The notes: a model not told the origin generated them from the letters alone. Shown: positions 51,241 through 61,284, counted from the first letter of the stretch. The stretch is DNA of 64,000 nucleotides from Chitinophagaceae bacterium (GCA_036383515.1 DASVOE010000077.1:7741-71740), one strand, 5' to 3'. Numbers and translations: made by a program.

Positions 51241-51584
51241 TAATATCCCATTAGTTCTTTAAAAAGTAGAAATTCCAGTATACCTGTAGCAATCGATGTA
51301 ATATTTCCTATTAAAAAATAGTCATTGGATACTTTGGATTCCTGTTGTTCTTTTAACCGGGTTCCAAGTTTAATAGCACCTAAAAAGATAAGTATTGTTG
51401 GAAGTGATGATGCCAATCCTAATAATATTATGAATCGTTCCAGCCATCCTTTTAAAATGGATCGGGTGGTTTGTTTATTGTCACTAGCCAATGCTTTACG
51501 GATAAAATAAAAAATAAAAAAGGTGGCTATTTCGCCAATTGTAAATGCAGCCAGAAATAGCAGGATTGTATTAATTATTTCCAT
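51240..51584 (-). CDS. small integral membrane protein (3 TM; possibly DUF3307/SatE-like)
   Basis: Three hydrophobic helices. It overlaps the SatD-like gene by 14 nt and queE by 1 nt. The sequence is AT-rich. Confidence 0.5.
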   Translation of the reverse strand: MEIINTILLFLAAFTIGEIATFFIFYFIRKALASDNKQTTRSILKGWLERFIILLGLASSLPTILIFLGAIKLGTRLKEQQESKVSNDYFLIGNITSIATGILEFLLFKELMGY

Positions 51585-52197
51585 CTTCTTCCAAAATTAG
51601 CTGACGAATTATATTGTATTCTCTGATCTTAAATGTTTTTTTCCTTTTCCACATCTGGCTCCAGTTCTTTTTATTGTTATCGGCCACTGTTTTGTAATCG
51701 TCTATTTTTAAAAAGTCATTTATTATTTTAAAATCTTTGGATTTCCAGTCATCAACGATAGATTGATAAAGGATAAAATACCTGGAGATAATATCATCTT
51801 TTTTTCCTGTATTAAATAAAAAACGTTCTTCTGACTTTTTTGAAGTGTTTAATGCTTCCCTGGTTTTTGTAAGTCCCTCTCCCATCATGCCATGTGCTAT
51901 TTTTTTATTTATTGGAGTATCTATTCTTCCGCTGGCCAGCACATATCGTAATTTAAAAGTCAGCTCCTTTTCAATTAATAATTCTTCCAGCCGGATAATT
52001 ATTTTTATTCCTGCTATTCTTGAACTGACGACGCCCTGGAATTCATCACCTAATGTAACCGTGAGCGGAGATGATATCTCCTTTTTGAAGTCAGTGTTTA
52101 TTGTTTCGGTAACTGTCTTCAGGTTTTTTGCCAACTCCACGCTTTTTGTGAGGCGGCTGTCAACTACATCGGCCATTAAAATCAGGGAAGGCTTCAT
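51571..52197 (-). CDS. SatD-family-like protein (uncharacterised)
   Basis: N-terminal LILMADVVDSR ... TLGDEFQGVV ... RYVLASGRIDTP ... GMMGEGLTKTREAL pattern, recalled from the SatD family. Not verified by a search. Confidence 0.5.
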   Translation of the reverse strand: MKPSLILMADVVDSRLTKSVELAKNLKTVTETINTDFKKEISSPLTVTLGDEFQGVVSSRIAGIKIIIRLEELLIEKELTFKLRYVLASGRIDTPINKKIAHGMMGEGLTKTREALNTSKKSEERFLFNTGKKDDIISRYFILYQSIVDDWKSKDFKIINDFLKIDDYKTVADNNKKNWSQMWKRKKTFKIREYNIIRQLILEEDGNN

Positions 52198-52273
52198 TTT
52201 TCAAAGTAAATGAAAAAAAAGTATTTTTTCAAAAAAAGTGAAAAAATGACATTTTTTCAAAAAAAGTGAAAAA
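52196..52273. repeat. three tandem ~28-bp AT-rich direct repeats between the folD stop and the SatD-like start
   Basis: ATTTTTTCAAAAAAAGTGAAAAA is perfect at 52223-52245 and 52251-52273. A degenerate copy at 52196-52222 overlaps the start codon. Confidence 0.8.
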
Positions 52274-53149
52274 TTAGTTTTTTTGTAAACAGGATCTATA
52301 GGTATTTTTCATCAATGCAGCGATGGTCATTGGTCCTACACCACCGGGCACTGGTGTGATCCACGAGCATTTTGGTGCTACCGTTTCATACTGCACATCA
52401 CCTTTTAATTTATATCCTGATTTTTTACTGGCATCTTCTATTCTTGTAATGCCTACATCAATTACAACAGCTCCTTCTTTTACCATATCGGCAGTTACAA
52501 ACTCAGGTTTGCCTAATGCAGCTACTATAATATCAGCCTGCAAACAAAATTCGTTAAGATTTTTTGTATTAGAATGACATATTGTTACGGTGCAGTTGCC
52601 GGGATTGCTATTACCACTCAGCAAAACACTCATCGGTCTTCCTACAATATTGCTTCTGCCGATCACCACCGCATGTTTTCCTTTTGTTTCTATTTTATAA
52701 TGTTTCAGCAGCAGCATGATGCCATGTGGTGTAGCCGGAATAAAAGTAGGTACGCCCTGTACCATTTTACCTATACTTATCGGATGGAAGCCATCTACAT
52801 CTTTATCAGCATCTATTGCATTGATCACTTTTTGTTCGGCAATATGTTTGGGCAGGGGCAATTGCACCAATATGCCATCCACATCAGGATCAGTGTTTAA
52901 TTCTTCGATCTTTTCCAATAAACGATTCTCCGAAATATCGGCTTCCATCGTTATCAATGTAGATTTAAAACCCACTTCCTCACAGGCTTTTACTTTAGCG
53001 GCTACATAGGTTTGACTGGCGCCGTTACTTCCTACCAGGATAGCAGCGAGGTGTGGTATTTTTTTTCCCTCAATGGATAGCTGGGCCACATCGATTTTTA
53101 ATATATCCCGGATAGCCTGTGCTGCTTTTTTACCGTCTAAAATTTGCAT
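52274..53149 (-). CDS. folD: bifunctional methylenetetrahydrofolate dehydrogenase / methenyltetrahydrofolate cyclohydrolase
   Basis: [13 protein letters not shown] start, [23 protein letters not shown] and GGVGPMT. Confidence 0.93.
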   Translation of the reverse strand: MQILDGKKAAQAIRDILKIDVAQLSIEGKKIPHLAAILVGSNGASQTYVAAKVKACEEVGFKSTLITMEADISENRLLEKIEELNTDPDVDGILVQLPLPKHIAEQKVINAIDADKDVDGFHPISIGKMVQGVPTFIPATPHGIMLLLKHYKIETKGKHAVVIGRSNIVGRPMSVLLSGNSNPGNCTVTICHSNTKNLNEFCLQADIIVAALGKPEFVTADMVKEGAVVIDVGITRIEDASKKSGYKLKGDVQYETVAPKCSWITPVPGGVGPMTIAALMKNTYRSCLQKN

Positions 53150-53313
53150 GCGGCGAAGGTAAAGATTTGTCTGACCGTTGCGGTATGGCAAATCATAAAT
53201 ATTTGCTTTCATATAGCCAGCAGAGATGACCGAAATTTCGTTACAGACAGTCGGACAAAATCATTATTTTACTCTGATAAACCTATTACCTGGAAAAAAC
53301 AGCCTTTGTATTA

Positions 53314-54111
53314 TTGTTATTCATTTCCGTTTGTTGCAGCAGTCAAACGATGCGTCGTCCTGTAGCAGCAGGGTATGCCGGCACCGGTGCTTATAGTTTG
53401 AATCATGTGGATGTATTTTCATTTACTGCCAACCAGGCTTCATTGGCGCAATTAAAAAATGCGGCTGCGGGTGTGTACGCTGAAAGAAGATTTATGCTCA
53501 GCGAACTAAATTATTATACTGCGGTAGTGGGATTAGTTACTTCTTCTGGCAATTTTGGTTTAAAAACAGGTTACTCAGGATTTTCAGATTATAATGAAAC
53601 ACAGTTGGGGTTGGCTTATGGCAGGAAGTTGGGTGATAAAATGGATATAGGAGTGCAGTTTAATTATAACAATATCCGGATTCCCACTTATGGCAGTGCA
53701 TCAGCTATCAGTTTTGAAGCCGGTACTGTTTTACATCTCACGGAAAAAATGCATGCAGGCATTCAAATAAACAATCCTGTGGGTGGAAAATTTGGAAAAG
53801 AGCAGCGGGAGAAATTACCTTCTGTTTACAGTTTCGGAATGGGATATGCGGCATCGGAAAAATTCTTTGTAAGCGCTGAAATAATAAAAGAAGAAGATCA
53901 ACCGGTGAGTGTCAATGCCGGATTGCAATATAAGTTTCTTCCACAATTACTGGCAAGAATGGGTATTGCTTCGGCTACATCATCCATATGGGCAGGTGCA
54001 GGTTTGTCGTGGAAATCATTTCGTGTAGATGTGACTACCAGTTATCATCCCCAGTTAGGCATTACACCGGGTTTGCTTTTGCTTTTTAATTTTTATAAGA
54101 AGGGTAAGTGA
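53314..54111 (+). CDS. hypothetical small outer-membrane beta-barrel protein
   Basis: Alternating beta-strand pattern over about 250 aa. The start is uncertain: TTG 53314 gives a short signal peptide, and the frame is open from 53281. Confidence 0.5.
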   Translation: MLFISVCCSSQTMRRPVAAGYAGTGAYSLNHVDVFSFTANQASLAQLKNAAAGVYAERRFMLSELNYYTAVVGLVTSSGNFGLKTGYSGFSDYNETQLGLAYGRKLGDKMDIGVQFNYNNIRIPTYGSASAISFEAGTVLHLTEKMHAGIQINNPVGGKFGKEQREKLPSVYSFGMGYAASEKFFVSAEIIKEEDQPVSVNAGLQYKFLPQLLARMGIASATSSIWAGAGLSWKSFRVDVTTSYHPQLGITPGLLLLFNFYKKGK

Positions 54112-56147
54112 AACGCTTGTTGACGATACTGGTTACCGTTCATTGCTCACTATTTACTTTTAGCCAGGAATTACCCGCAAGTACAGAACAGCAGTTGGAA
54201 AATTTAACGGATGCGGATCAGGCAGAAACAGAGGACGATTCTTATTTGCAACAACTGGATCGGTTTAGAAAGGATCCGGTTAATCTTAATACGGCCGATG
54301 CAAACGAACTAAAAGAGTTACGTATCCTCACCGATCTTCAAATTGAAAACCTGGTTATCTATCGGAAATTATTTGGATTCTTTATCAGCTTGTATGAATT
54401 ACAGGCTATTCCCTCCTGGGATGTGCCTACTATTCGAAAAATATTACCTTTCATTACCGTTTTAACCCCGGTTTCTTTCAAAGGGGAATTGAAGCAACGA
54501 TTCAGTGGTGGCGAACATAATTTATTACTACGGCTATCACAGGTGTTGGAAAAATCGAAAGGATATAATGCTTCCGGTTCGGGCACTAAGTATGCAGGAA
54601 GTCCACAGCGTATTTTTTTCAGATACCGATATACATTTAAAAATTTATTGCAATTCGGTTTACTAGGTGATAAAGATGCCGGCGAACAATTTTTAAATGG
54701 AAAACAGCAGAAGGGATTTGATTTTTATTCTTTCCATTTTTTTGCCAGGAAGATCGGTATCATTCAATCGCTGGCCATTGGAGATTTTACCGTGAACATG
54801 GGACAGGGACTTATTCAATGGCAAAGCCTGGCGTTTAAAAAAAGTGGGGATATAACGGGAGTGAAGCGACAGTCAACTGTATTAAAACCTTACAATTCTG
54901 CCGGTGAATTTTATTTTCATAGAGGTGTTGGCATAACTATTAAAAAAGGGAAAATTGAAAGTACCGTGTTTGCGTCGGTAAGAAAATTGAGTGCAAATTT
55001 TGTTGCCGATACAATCAATAACGAAGATTATATTTCTTCCTTTCTTAATTCAGGGTATCATCGCACTGATAACGAGAATAAGGACCGGAATAATCTTACG
55101 CAAACAAGTTTTGGCGGCAATATCATTTACCGGGGAAACAGGTGGCAGGTAGGTATCAACGGAGTCTATTATCGCTTTTCTTTACCGGTTCAAAAAAGAG
55201 AAGAGCCCTATAATTTATATGCCATTAGTGGAAGCAGTTGGTATAATATGAGTGTGGATTATAGCTACACATATAAGAACCTTCATTTCTTTGGCGAAGC
55301 AGCAGCAGATAAAAATCAGCATACAGCATTTATCAATGGATTATTGATAAGTGTTGATCCGGCAGTGGATATATCTTTAGTGCAACGAACTATTGCCAAA
55401 GAATACCAGGCAGTATATGGCAATGCATTTACGGAAAATACTTATCCCACTAACGAAACAGGATTATATACCGGTATCTCCATCCGCCCTGCTAGTGGGT
55501 GGCGACTGGATGGGTATGCAGATGTTTTTAAGTTTCCCTGGTTAAAATATTTGGTAGATGCGCCGAGCAGGGGGTCCGATTTTTTAGCACAGCTTACATA
55601 CATTCCCAATAAACAGGTAGAAGTTTATACAAGATTCCGGAATGAGACTAAGGAATCCAATCAACCAGATAATACTTCTGTGACAAATTATATTGTTCGC
55701 ATACCACGGCAAAGCTGGCGTACACAGGTAAATTATAGAGTCAGTACGTACATCACACTGCGCAACAGGTTTGAATTATTATGGTATAATAATAAAGGTG
55801 TCAATAGTGAAAATGGGTTCCTCACTTACCAGGATATTATGTGTAAACCCCTATTAAAACCCTGGAGCGGAGTATTTCGCCTGCAATATTTTGAAACAAG
55901 TGGATATAATTCGAGGATATATGCCTATGAGAACGATGTATTATATAGTTATTCCATACCGGCTTTTTTTGACAAAGGCATTCGCTACTACCTGATTTTC
56001 AATTATGATATCAGTAAAAAACTTTCTTTATGGTGCAGGTGGGCACAAACAATTTATAAGGATAAAGAAGCCTTAGGTTCTGGTCTTGATGAGATCCGTG
56101 GAAATAAAAAGACCGAATTAAAATTGCAGGCCAGGTACTCTTTTTAA
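54108..56147 (+). CDS. helix-hairpin-helix (ComEA-like) domain protein fused to a large predicted beta-barrel
   Basis: Signal peptide MKRLLTILVTVHCSLFTFSQ. ComEA-like segment VNLNTADANELKEL...LYELQAIPSWDVPTIRKILPFI. About 550 aa of beta-rich sequence ending ...KLQARYSF. The GTG start overlaps the upstream stop (GTGA). Confidence 0.65.
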   Translation: MKRLLTILVTVHCSLFTFSQELPASTEQQLENLTDADQAETEDDSYLQQLDRFRKDPVNLNTADANELKELRILTDLQIENLVIYRKLFGFFISLYELQAIPSWDVPTIRKILPFITVLTPVSFKGELKQRFSGGEHNLLLRLSQVLEKSKGYNASGSGTKYAGSPQRIFFRYRYTFKNLLQFGLLGDKDAGEQFLNGKQQKGFDFYSFHFFARKIGIIQSLAIGDFTVNMGQGLIQWQSLAFKKSGDITGVKRQSTVLKPYNSAGEFYFHRGVGITIKKGKIESTVFASVRKLSANFVADTINNEDYISSFLNSGYHRTDNENKDRNNLTQTSFGGNIIYRGNRWQVGINGVYYRFSLPVQKREEPYNLYAISGSSWYNMSVDYSYTYKNLHFFGEAAADKNQHTAFINGLLISVDPAVDISLVQRTIAKEYQAVYGNAFTENTYPTNETGLYTGISIRPASGWRLDGYADVFKFPWLKYLVDAPSRGSDFLAQLTYIPNKQVEVYTRFRNETKESNQPDNTSVTNYIVRIPRQSWRTQVNYRVSTYITLRNRFELLWYNNKGVNSENGFLTYQDIMCKPLLKPWSGVFRLQYFETSGYNSRIYAYENDVLYSYSIPAFFDKGIRYYLIFNYDISKKLSLWCRWAQTIYKDKEALGSGLDEIRGNKKTELKLQARYSF

Positions 56148-56204
56148 TATTCCATCAGCGATTTTTATATTTAAGAAAAAGTTATTTTTTTCATGCAGCA
56201 ACTC

Positions 56205-56212
56205 TATATTTG
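56205..56212 (+). promoter_or_regulatory. candidate -7 promoter box (TAnnTTTG) for the SusC/SusD locus
   Basis: TATATTTG lies 181 nt upstream of the SusC ATG, implying a long leader. No clean -33 was seen. Confidence 0.35.
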
Positions 56213-56392
56213 CGCTTGTCATTACAACAAGTTCAAACTAACGCTGGTACCACTCTGCCAGTTAGTGAGATAGAAACAAGCCCAACCACCCCTCCGTACT
56301 CCTGAGAGTATTATTTTTTTGAACAGTTAAATCATTACAGTGCTCCATCTGGGGCAAGGATTAATGAGTTTAAAACTTTAAAATTAAATCAC

Positions 56393-59300
56393 ATGAGAAA
56401 AATTGCATCACTGTTTACAGTGCTGATGTGCTGTTGTGCATTAGCATTTGCCCAAACCCGGACAATTACGGGCACGGTAAAAGATGGAAAGGGAAGCCCT
56501 GTTCCTTTTGCCAGCATCACTATCAAAGGGACAACTTCAGGAACCTCAGCAGACAAAAATGGTAACTTCAGTATTGAAGCAAAAGAAGGGCAATCATTGT
56601 TGATTAGCTCTGCCAGTTTTAATGAACAGGAAGTAAAGATCGGGGCTTCAACTACGCTGGATGTTACGTTGCAATCACAAGGTAATTTACAGGAAGTAGT
56701 GGTTACTGCTTTAGGAATAAGGAGAACTCGTAACCAGACCCCGTATGCGGCTCAACAAATCAGGGGTGACGAAGTTTCAAAGACCCGTACCAACAATTTT
56801 GTACAGAATCTTTCTGGAAAAATAGCCGGTCTTGATATCAAGCAAACCAACACACTTGGCGGTTCAACCAATGTTGTTATCCGCGGAACCAAATCGCTGA
56901 CCGGTGATAACCAGGCTTTGTTTGTGGTGGATGGAGTCCCATTTAATAATAGCAATACAAGCACGGCTAATCAGCGTACAGGTCGTGGCGGTTACGATTA
57001 TGGTAGCGCAGCTGCAGACATTAATCCTGATGATATAGAAACAATTACAGTATTGAAAGGAGCTGCTGCGAGTGCACTCTATGGTTCCCAGGGCTCCAAC
57101 GGTGTTATTCTTATCACTACCAAGAAAGGCAGGAGAGGTCTTGGAATAACTGTAAATTCTGGCTTTACTATGGGTAAAGTTGATAAAACCACGTTCGCCA
57201 AATATCAAAAGGAATATGGCGCCGGGTATGGCAGGTATTATGAAGATCCTACTGCTCGTTTTTTATACCGTGATATTGATGGGAATGGTACTCTTGACCT
57301 GGTGACTCCATTAAGTGAAGATGCTTCATATGGTCACGCATTTGATCCTAACCTAATGGTATACCAGTGGGATGCTTTTGATCCGAAATCTCCCAATTTT
57401 GGTAAAGCCCGTCCTTGGCTGGCTGCTGAAAATGATCCCACCAGTTTCTTAGAAACGTCTTTATCTTCTAATCAAAGCATTTATTTTGATGGGGCTTCTG
57501 AAAAAGGAACTTTCAAATTAGGATATACCCGAACTGATGACAAAGGTATTTTGCCAAATAGCAGTGTTACCAAAAACCTGGTCAATTTTGGAGGTACCTA
57601 CAATGTTACCAGTAAACTTACGGCTGGTGCATCGCTTAGCTTTTCTAATATAGAGGGTAAAGGACGCTATGGTACAGGGTATGATGATAAAAATGTGATG
57701 ACGAATTTTCGCCAGTGGTGGCAAACTAACGTAGATATCAAAGAACAAAAAGAAGCTTATTTCAGGGACCACAAAAATGTGACCTGGAACTGGGCTGACC
57801 CTACTGACCTAACACCTATTTATTGGGATAATCCTTACTTCACAAGACATGAGAATTTCGAGAACGATTCAAGGAACAGGTATTTTGGAAATGTGAACCT
57901 GAATTACAAAATCACCAGCTGGTTGAATATCCTGGGAAGAATATCGCTTGATAATTATGACGAGATACAGGAAGAAAGACAAGCCCTGGGGAGTGTGACT
58001 ACTTCCTCTTATCAACGATTCAACCGCTCTTATAGGGAAACTAACTATGATCTGTTATTGAATTTGGATAAAGATCTTTCCACTGATATTAATTTTAAAG
58101 CATTGCTGGGTGCTAACATCCGCCGCCAGCATACCGAAAGTATCAGGGCATCTACCAATGGTGGATTAATCGTAGAAAGGATATATTCTCTTACCAATAC
58201 TGCAAATCCAATCAATGCCCCAACGGAATTTGATGGTATAAGGCAGGTAAATGGTGTATTTGCAGGTGCAGGATTTACCTGGAAAGACCTGGTAACGTTG
58301 GACGCTACTATCCGGAGAGATGCTTCTTCTACGTTACCACAGGGAACCGGAAATAACACCTATTATTATCCTTCTGTTTCTGCTGGCCTTGTATTTTCAA
58401 AACTATTACCAACTGCCACCTGGCTTTCATACGGTAAATTCAGGGCTAACTATGCCCAGGTTGGTAATGATGCACCTATCTATAGCGTTGATGATGTGTA
58501 TACAATAATCCCTCCTTTTGGGTCTAATCCTCAAACATCAGTTGGTGGTACTAAGAACAATCCCGACTTGTTACCTGAACGTACAAAGAGTTATGAACTT
58601 GGTCTTGAAATGTCTTTGTTTAAAAGCAGGGCAGGTTTTGATGTAAGTTATTATAATGCAAAAACCGTTGACCAGATTTATCCTGTTGTTTTGTCAACCG
58701 CCACCGGGTATAATTCAAAATTCCTGAATACAGGTACGATTGTCAATAAAGGAGTGGAAGTATCTCTATATGGCACTCCTATTCAGAACACAGATTTTTC
58801 ATGGAATGTAAATGTAAACTGGTCAAGAAATAGGAATAAAGTGACAGAATTGTTTGAAGATGCAGATAATCTTGTGTTGGCTGAATTCCAGGGTGGTGTT
58901 TCAATCAATGCAACTTTAGGACAACCTTACGGAACAATCCGCGGTCAGAACTTTATTTATACAAATGGCCAAAGAACTGTAGGAGCCAATGGTCGTTATT
59001 TGGTATCTACTACTTCTAATGAAGTTATCGGTAATCCTAGTCCCGACTGGATTGGAGGCATCAATAACTCTTTCCGTTATAAAAACCTTTCATTTAGTTT
59101 CCTGGTGGACACCAGGCAGGGTGGCGATGTTTTTTCACTTGATCTTTATTATGGTTTGGCCACCGGAATTTATCCTGAAACAGCAGGACTTAATGACAAG
59201 GGTAATCCGTCTCGTAGTTCGATTGCAAGTGGAGGTGGTATTATTTTGCCAGGCGTAAAACAAGATGGCAAGCCCAATGATATAAGGGTTGAAAATTTAG

Positions 59301-59599
59301 ACTTTGGTATTTATGGATACAGACGTACTCCGGCAGCAGGATTTGTATATGATGCCAGCTTTGTAAAACTTCGGGAAGCGGTTATTGCCTATGCTTTACC
59401 TGCTAGTGTAATGAACAAATTGAATCCTTTCAAAGGGATTGAATTCTCATTGATCGGCAGAAATCTTTGGATCATACATAAGAATTTGCCGCATGCTGAT
59501 CCTGAAGAAAGTATTACATCGGGAAATTTACAGGGATACCAGAGCGGTGCTTATCCTACAGTAAGAACATTTGCTTTTAATATGAAGTTCAAATTCTAA
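56393..59599 (+). CDS. SusC/RagA-family TonB-linked outer membrane protein
   Basis: Signal peptide, carboxypeptidase-regulatory-like N-terminal domain (TITGTVKDGKGSPVPFASITIKG), plug (VVVTALGIRR...), and a terminal aromatic (FNMKFKF). Followed by a SusD-like gene. Confidence 0.9.
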   Translation: MRKIASLFTVLMCCCALAFAQTRTITGTVKDGKGSPVPFASITIKGTTSGTSADKNGNFSIEAKEGQSLLISSASFNEQEVKIGASTTLDVTLQSQGNLQEVVVTALGIRRTRNQTPYAAQQIRGDEVSKTRTNNFVQNLSGKIAGLDIKQTNTLGGSTNVVIRGTKSLTGDNQALFVVDGVPFNNSNTSTANQRTGRGGYDYGSAAADINPDDIETITVLKGAAASALYGSQGSNGVILITTKKGRRGLGITVNSGFTMGKVDKTTFAKYQKEYGAGYGRYYEDPTARFLYRDIDGNGTLDLVTPLSEDASYGHAFDPNLMVYQWDAFDPKSPNFGKARPWLAAENDPTSFLETSLSSNQSIYFDGASEKGTFKLGYTRTDDKGILPNSSVTKNLVNFGGTYNVTSKLTAGASLSFSNIEGKGRYGTGYDDKNVMTNFRQWWQTNVDIKEQKEAYFRDHKNVTWNWADPTDLTPIYWDNPYFTRHENFENDSRNRYFGNVNLNYKITSWLNILGRISLDNYDEIQEERQALGSVTTSSYQRFNRSYRETNYDLLLNLDKDLSTDINFKALLGANIRRQHTESIRASTNGGLIVERIYSLTNTANPINAPTEFDGIRQVNGVFAGAGFTWKDLVTLDATIRRDASSTLPQGTGNNTYYYPSVSAGLVFSKLLPTATWLSYGKFRANYAQVGNDAPIYSVDDVYTIIPPFGSNPQTSVGGTKNNPDLLPERTKSYELGLEMSLFKSRAGFDVSYYNAKTVDQIYPVVLSTATGYNSKFLNTGTIVNKGVEVSLYGTPIQNTDFSWNVNVNWSRNRNKVTELFEDADNLVLAEFQGGVSINATLGQPYGTIRGQNFIYTNGQRTVGANGRYLVSTTSNEVIGNPSPDWIGGINNSFRYKNLSFSFLVDTRQGGDVFSLDLYYGLATGIYPETAGLNDKGNPSRSSIASGGGIILPGVKQDGKPNDIRVENLDFGIYGYRRTPAAGFVYDASFVKLREAVIAYALPASVMNKLNPFKGIEFSLIGRNLWIIHKNLPHADPEESITSGNLQGYQSGAYPTVRTFAFNMKFKF

Positions 59600-59641
59600 T
59601 GATCAAAACTGTAGATTAATAAAAAAATTAAAATTATACAG

Positions 59642-61087
59642 ATGAAAAAAATAATTCTTTCTCTCGCAATTGTCAGTTTGATGATGGCAGGCTGTGTAAA
59701 GGATTTATCGACGTTGAACAAGGATCCTAAAAATCCGAGTATTGTTCCATCTTATACGTTGTTTACAAATGCGCAGCGAACATTGTCCAACACAATGACA
59801 TCCACTAACGTCAATCTGAATGTTTGGCGTCTTATTCTTCAATACTGGCAGGAAACCACTTATACAGATGAAAGTAATTATGACCTTGCTACAAGGTCAA
59901 TCAATGACAATGTATGGGATGCATTATATCGCGATGTATTGAAGGATTTCAGTGAATCGGCAAAACTGATCCCTAAAGATGTGGTAAAAGCTGACGGCAC
60001 TCCTGACTTACCCCGGCAAAAAAATGAGCTTGCAATTATCGAGATTATGGAGGTATACACTTGGTATTATCTTTTGACAACCTATGGTAATATTCCTTAT
60101 TCAGAAGCCTTAGATATTGACAGGCCATTTCCGAAGTATGATGATGCTGCAACAATCTATAATAACCTATTGACAAGGTTGGATGCTGCAATTACCAATC
60201 TTGATGTAACTCATGATAGTTTTGGCGGAGCGGATGTATTATATGGAGGCGATGTGGCTGCTTGGAAAAAATTTGCCAATTCATTTAAATTGAAAATGGG
60301 AATGACCATTGCTGACTCAGATCCTGCTAAAGCAAAAACAGTTGTTGAAGCTGCTGTTGCTGCTGGTATTTTTACATCAAGTTCAGATAATGCAGAGTTT
60401 CAGTATCAACCTGGTCCACCCAACACAAACCCCATCTGGGTTGACCTGGTGCAAAGTAAACGAAAGGATTTTGTTGCTGCCAGTACTATTGTCAATAAAA
60501 TGAAAAACAAGAATGATCCAAGGCTTGATAATTATTTCACAGTAGATGCTGTGGGTGGTTATTCAGGTGGTACTCCAGGAGCCAGTAGCAATTATTCAAC
60601 CTATTCAAAACCTGATGAAGCAATTGCTGCTGCAGACTTTCCAGCTTTATTCCTGGATTATGCTGAAGTAGAATTTTTCCTCGCCGAAGCAAAAGAAAGA
60701 GGATTTAATGTGCCAGGAACAGCCATCCAGCATTATAATAATGCAGTCACTGCTTCTATTCTTTATTGGGGCGGCACTGCTGGAGAAGCTACAACCTATC
60801 TTACATTACCTTCTGTCAATTACTTAACTGCAGGAGCTACCTATAAAGAAAAGATCGGAGAGCAAAAATGGATCGCTTTATATAACCGTGGTTTAGATGC
60901 ATGGATCGAATGGAGAAGATTGGATTATCCACAGTTATCTCCTGCTGTAGATGCTGTTTCCGCTATTCCCCGGAGGTACCCCTACCCGGTTAATGAGCAG
61001 AACGTGAATACCTCCAATTATGACCTTGCATCTACTGCAATCGGAGGTGATATTGTAACAACCAAGTTGTGGTGGGATAAATTTTAG
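59642..61087 (+). CDS. SusD/RagB-family nutrient-binding outer membrane lipoprotein
   Basis: Lipobox MMAGC, immediately downstream of SusC. Helical TPR-like composition. Length is 481 aa. Confidence 0.85.
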   Translation: MKKIILSLAIVSLMMAGCVKDLSTLNKDPKNPSIVPSYTLFTNAQRTLSNTMTSTNVNLNVWRLILQYWQETTYTDESNYDLATRSINDNVWDALYRDVLKDFSESAKLIPKDVVKADGTPDLPRQKNELAIIEIMEVYTWYYLLTTYGNIPYSEALDIDRPFPKYDDAATIYNNLLTRLDAAITNLDVTHDSFGGADVLYGGDVAAWKKFANSFKLKMGMTIADSDPAKAKTVVEAAVAAGIFTSSSDNAEFQYQPGPPNTNPIWVDLVQSKRKDFVAASTIVNKMKNKNDPRLDNYFTVDAVGGYSGGTPGASSNYSTYSKPDEAIAAADFPALFLDYAEVEFFLAEAKERGFNVPGTAIQHYNNAVTASILYWGGTAGEATTYLTLPSVNYLTAGATYKEKIGEQKWIALYNRGLDAWIEWRRLDYPQLSPAVDAVSAIPRRYPYPVNEQNVNTSNYDLASTAIGGDIVTTKLWWDKF

Positions 61088-61121
61088 TATTAGAATTTAG
61101 AATAGGATGACACTAGTTATA

Positions 61122-61155
61122 AGAACCTGCTTCATTATTGAAGCAGGTTCTTTTG
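61122..61155 (+). terminator. rho-independent terminator after the SusD-like gene
   Basis: AGAACCTGCTTC / GAAGCAGGTTCT, a perfect 12-bp stem, followed by TTTTG. Confidence 0.75.
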
Positions 61156-61284
61156 TTAGAAAACTATTAGTTTAAAAAAACAGTTAGAGCAGCAAAATCC
61201 TTTCTGGCAATAGCAATACTTGGTTGCAAAAAAGAGGAAGTTGTAACTGCAGATAAACAAGTAGCACTTTTCGTTTCCAATGGA

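Noticed and set aside
47392-56147. Idea that dprA and the HhH-barrel gene form one competence locus.
   Set aside because: They are about 6 kb apart and on opposite strands, separated by unrelated housekeeping genes (queE, folD). dprA is near-universal in bacteria regardless of competence.
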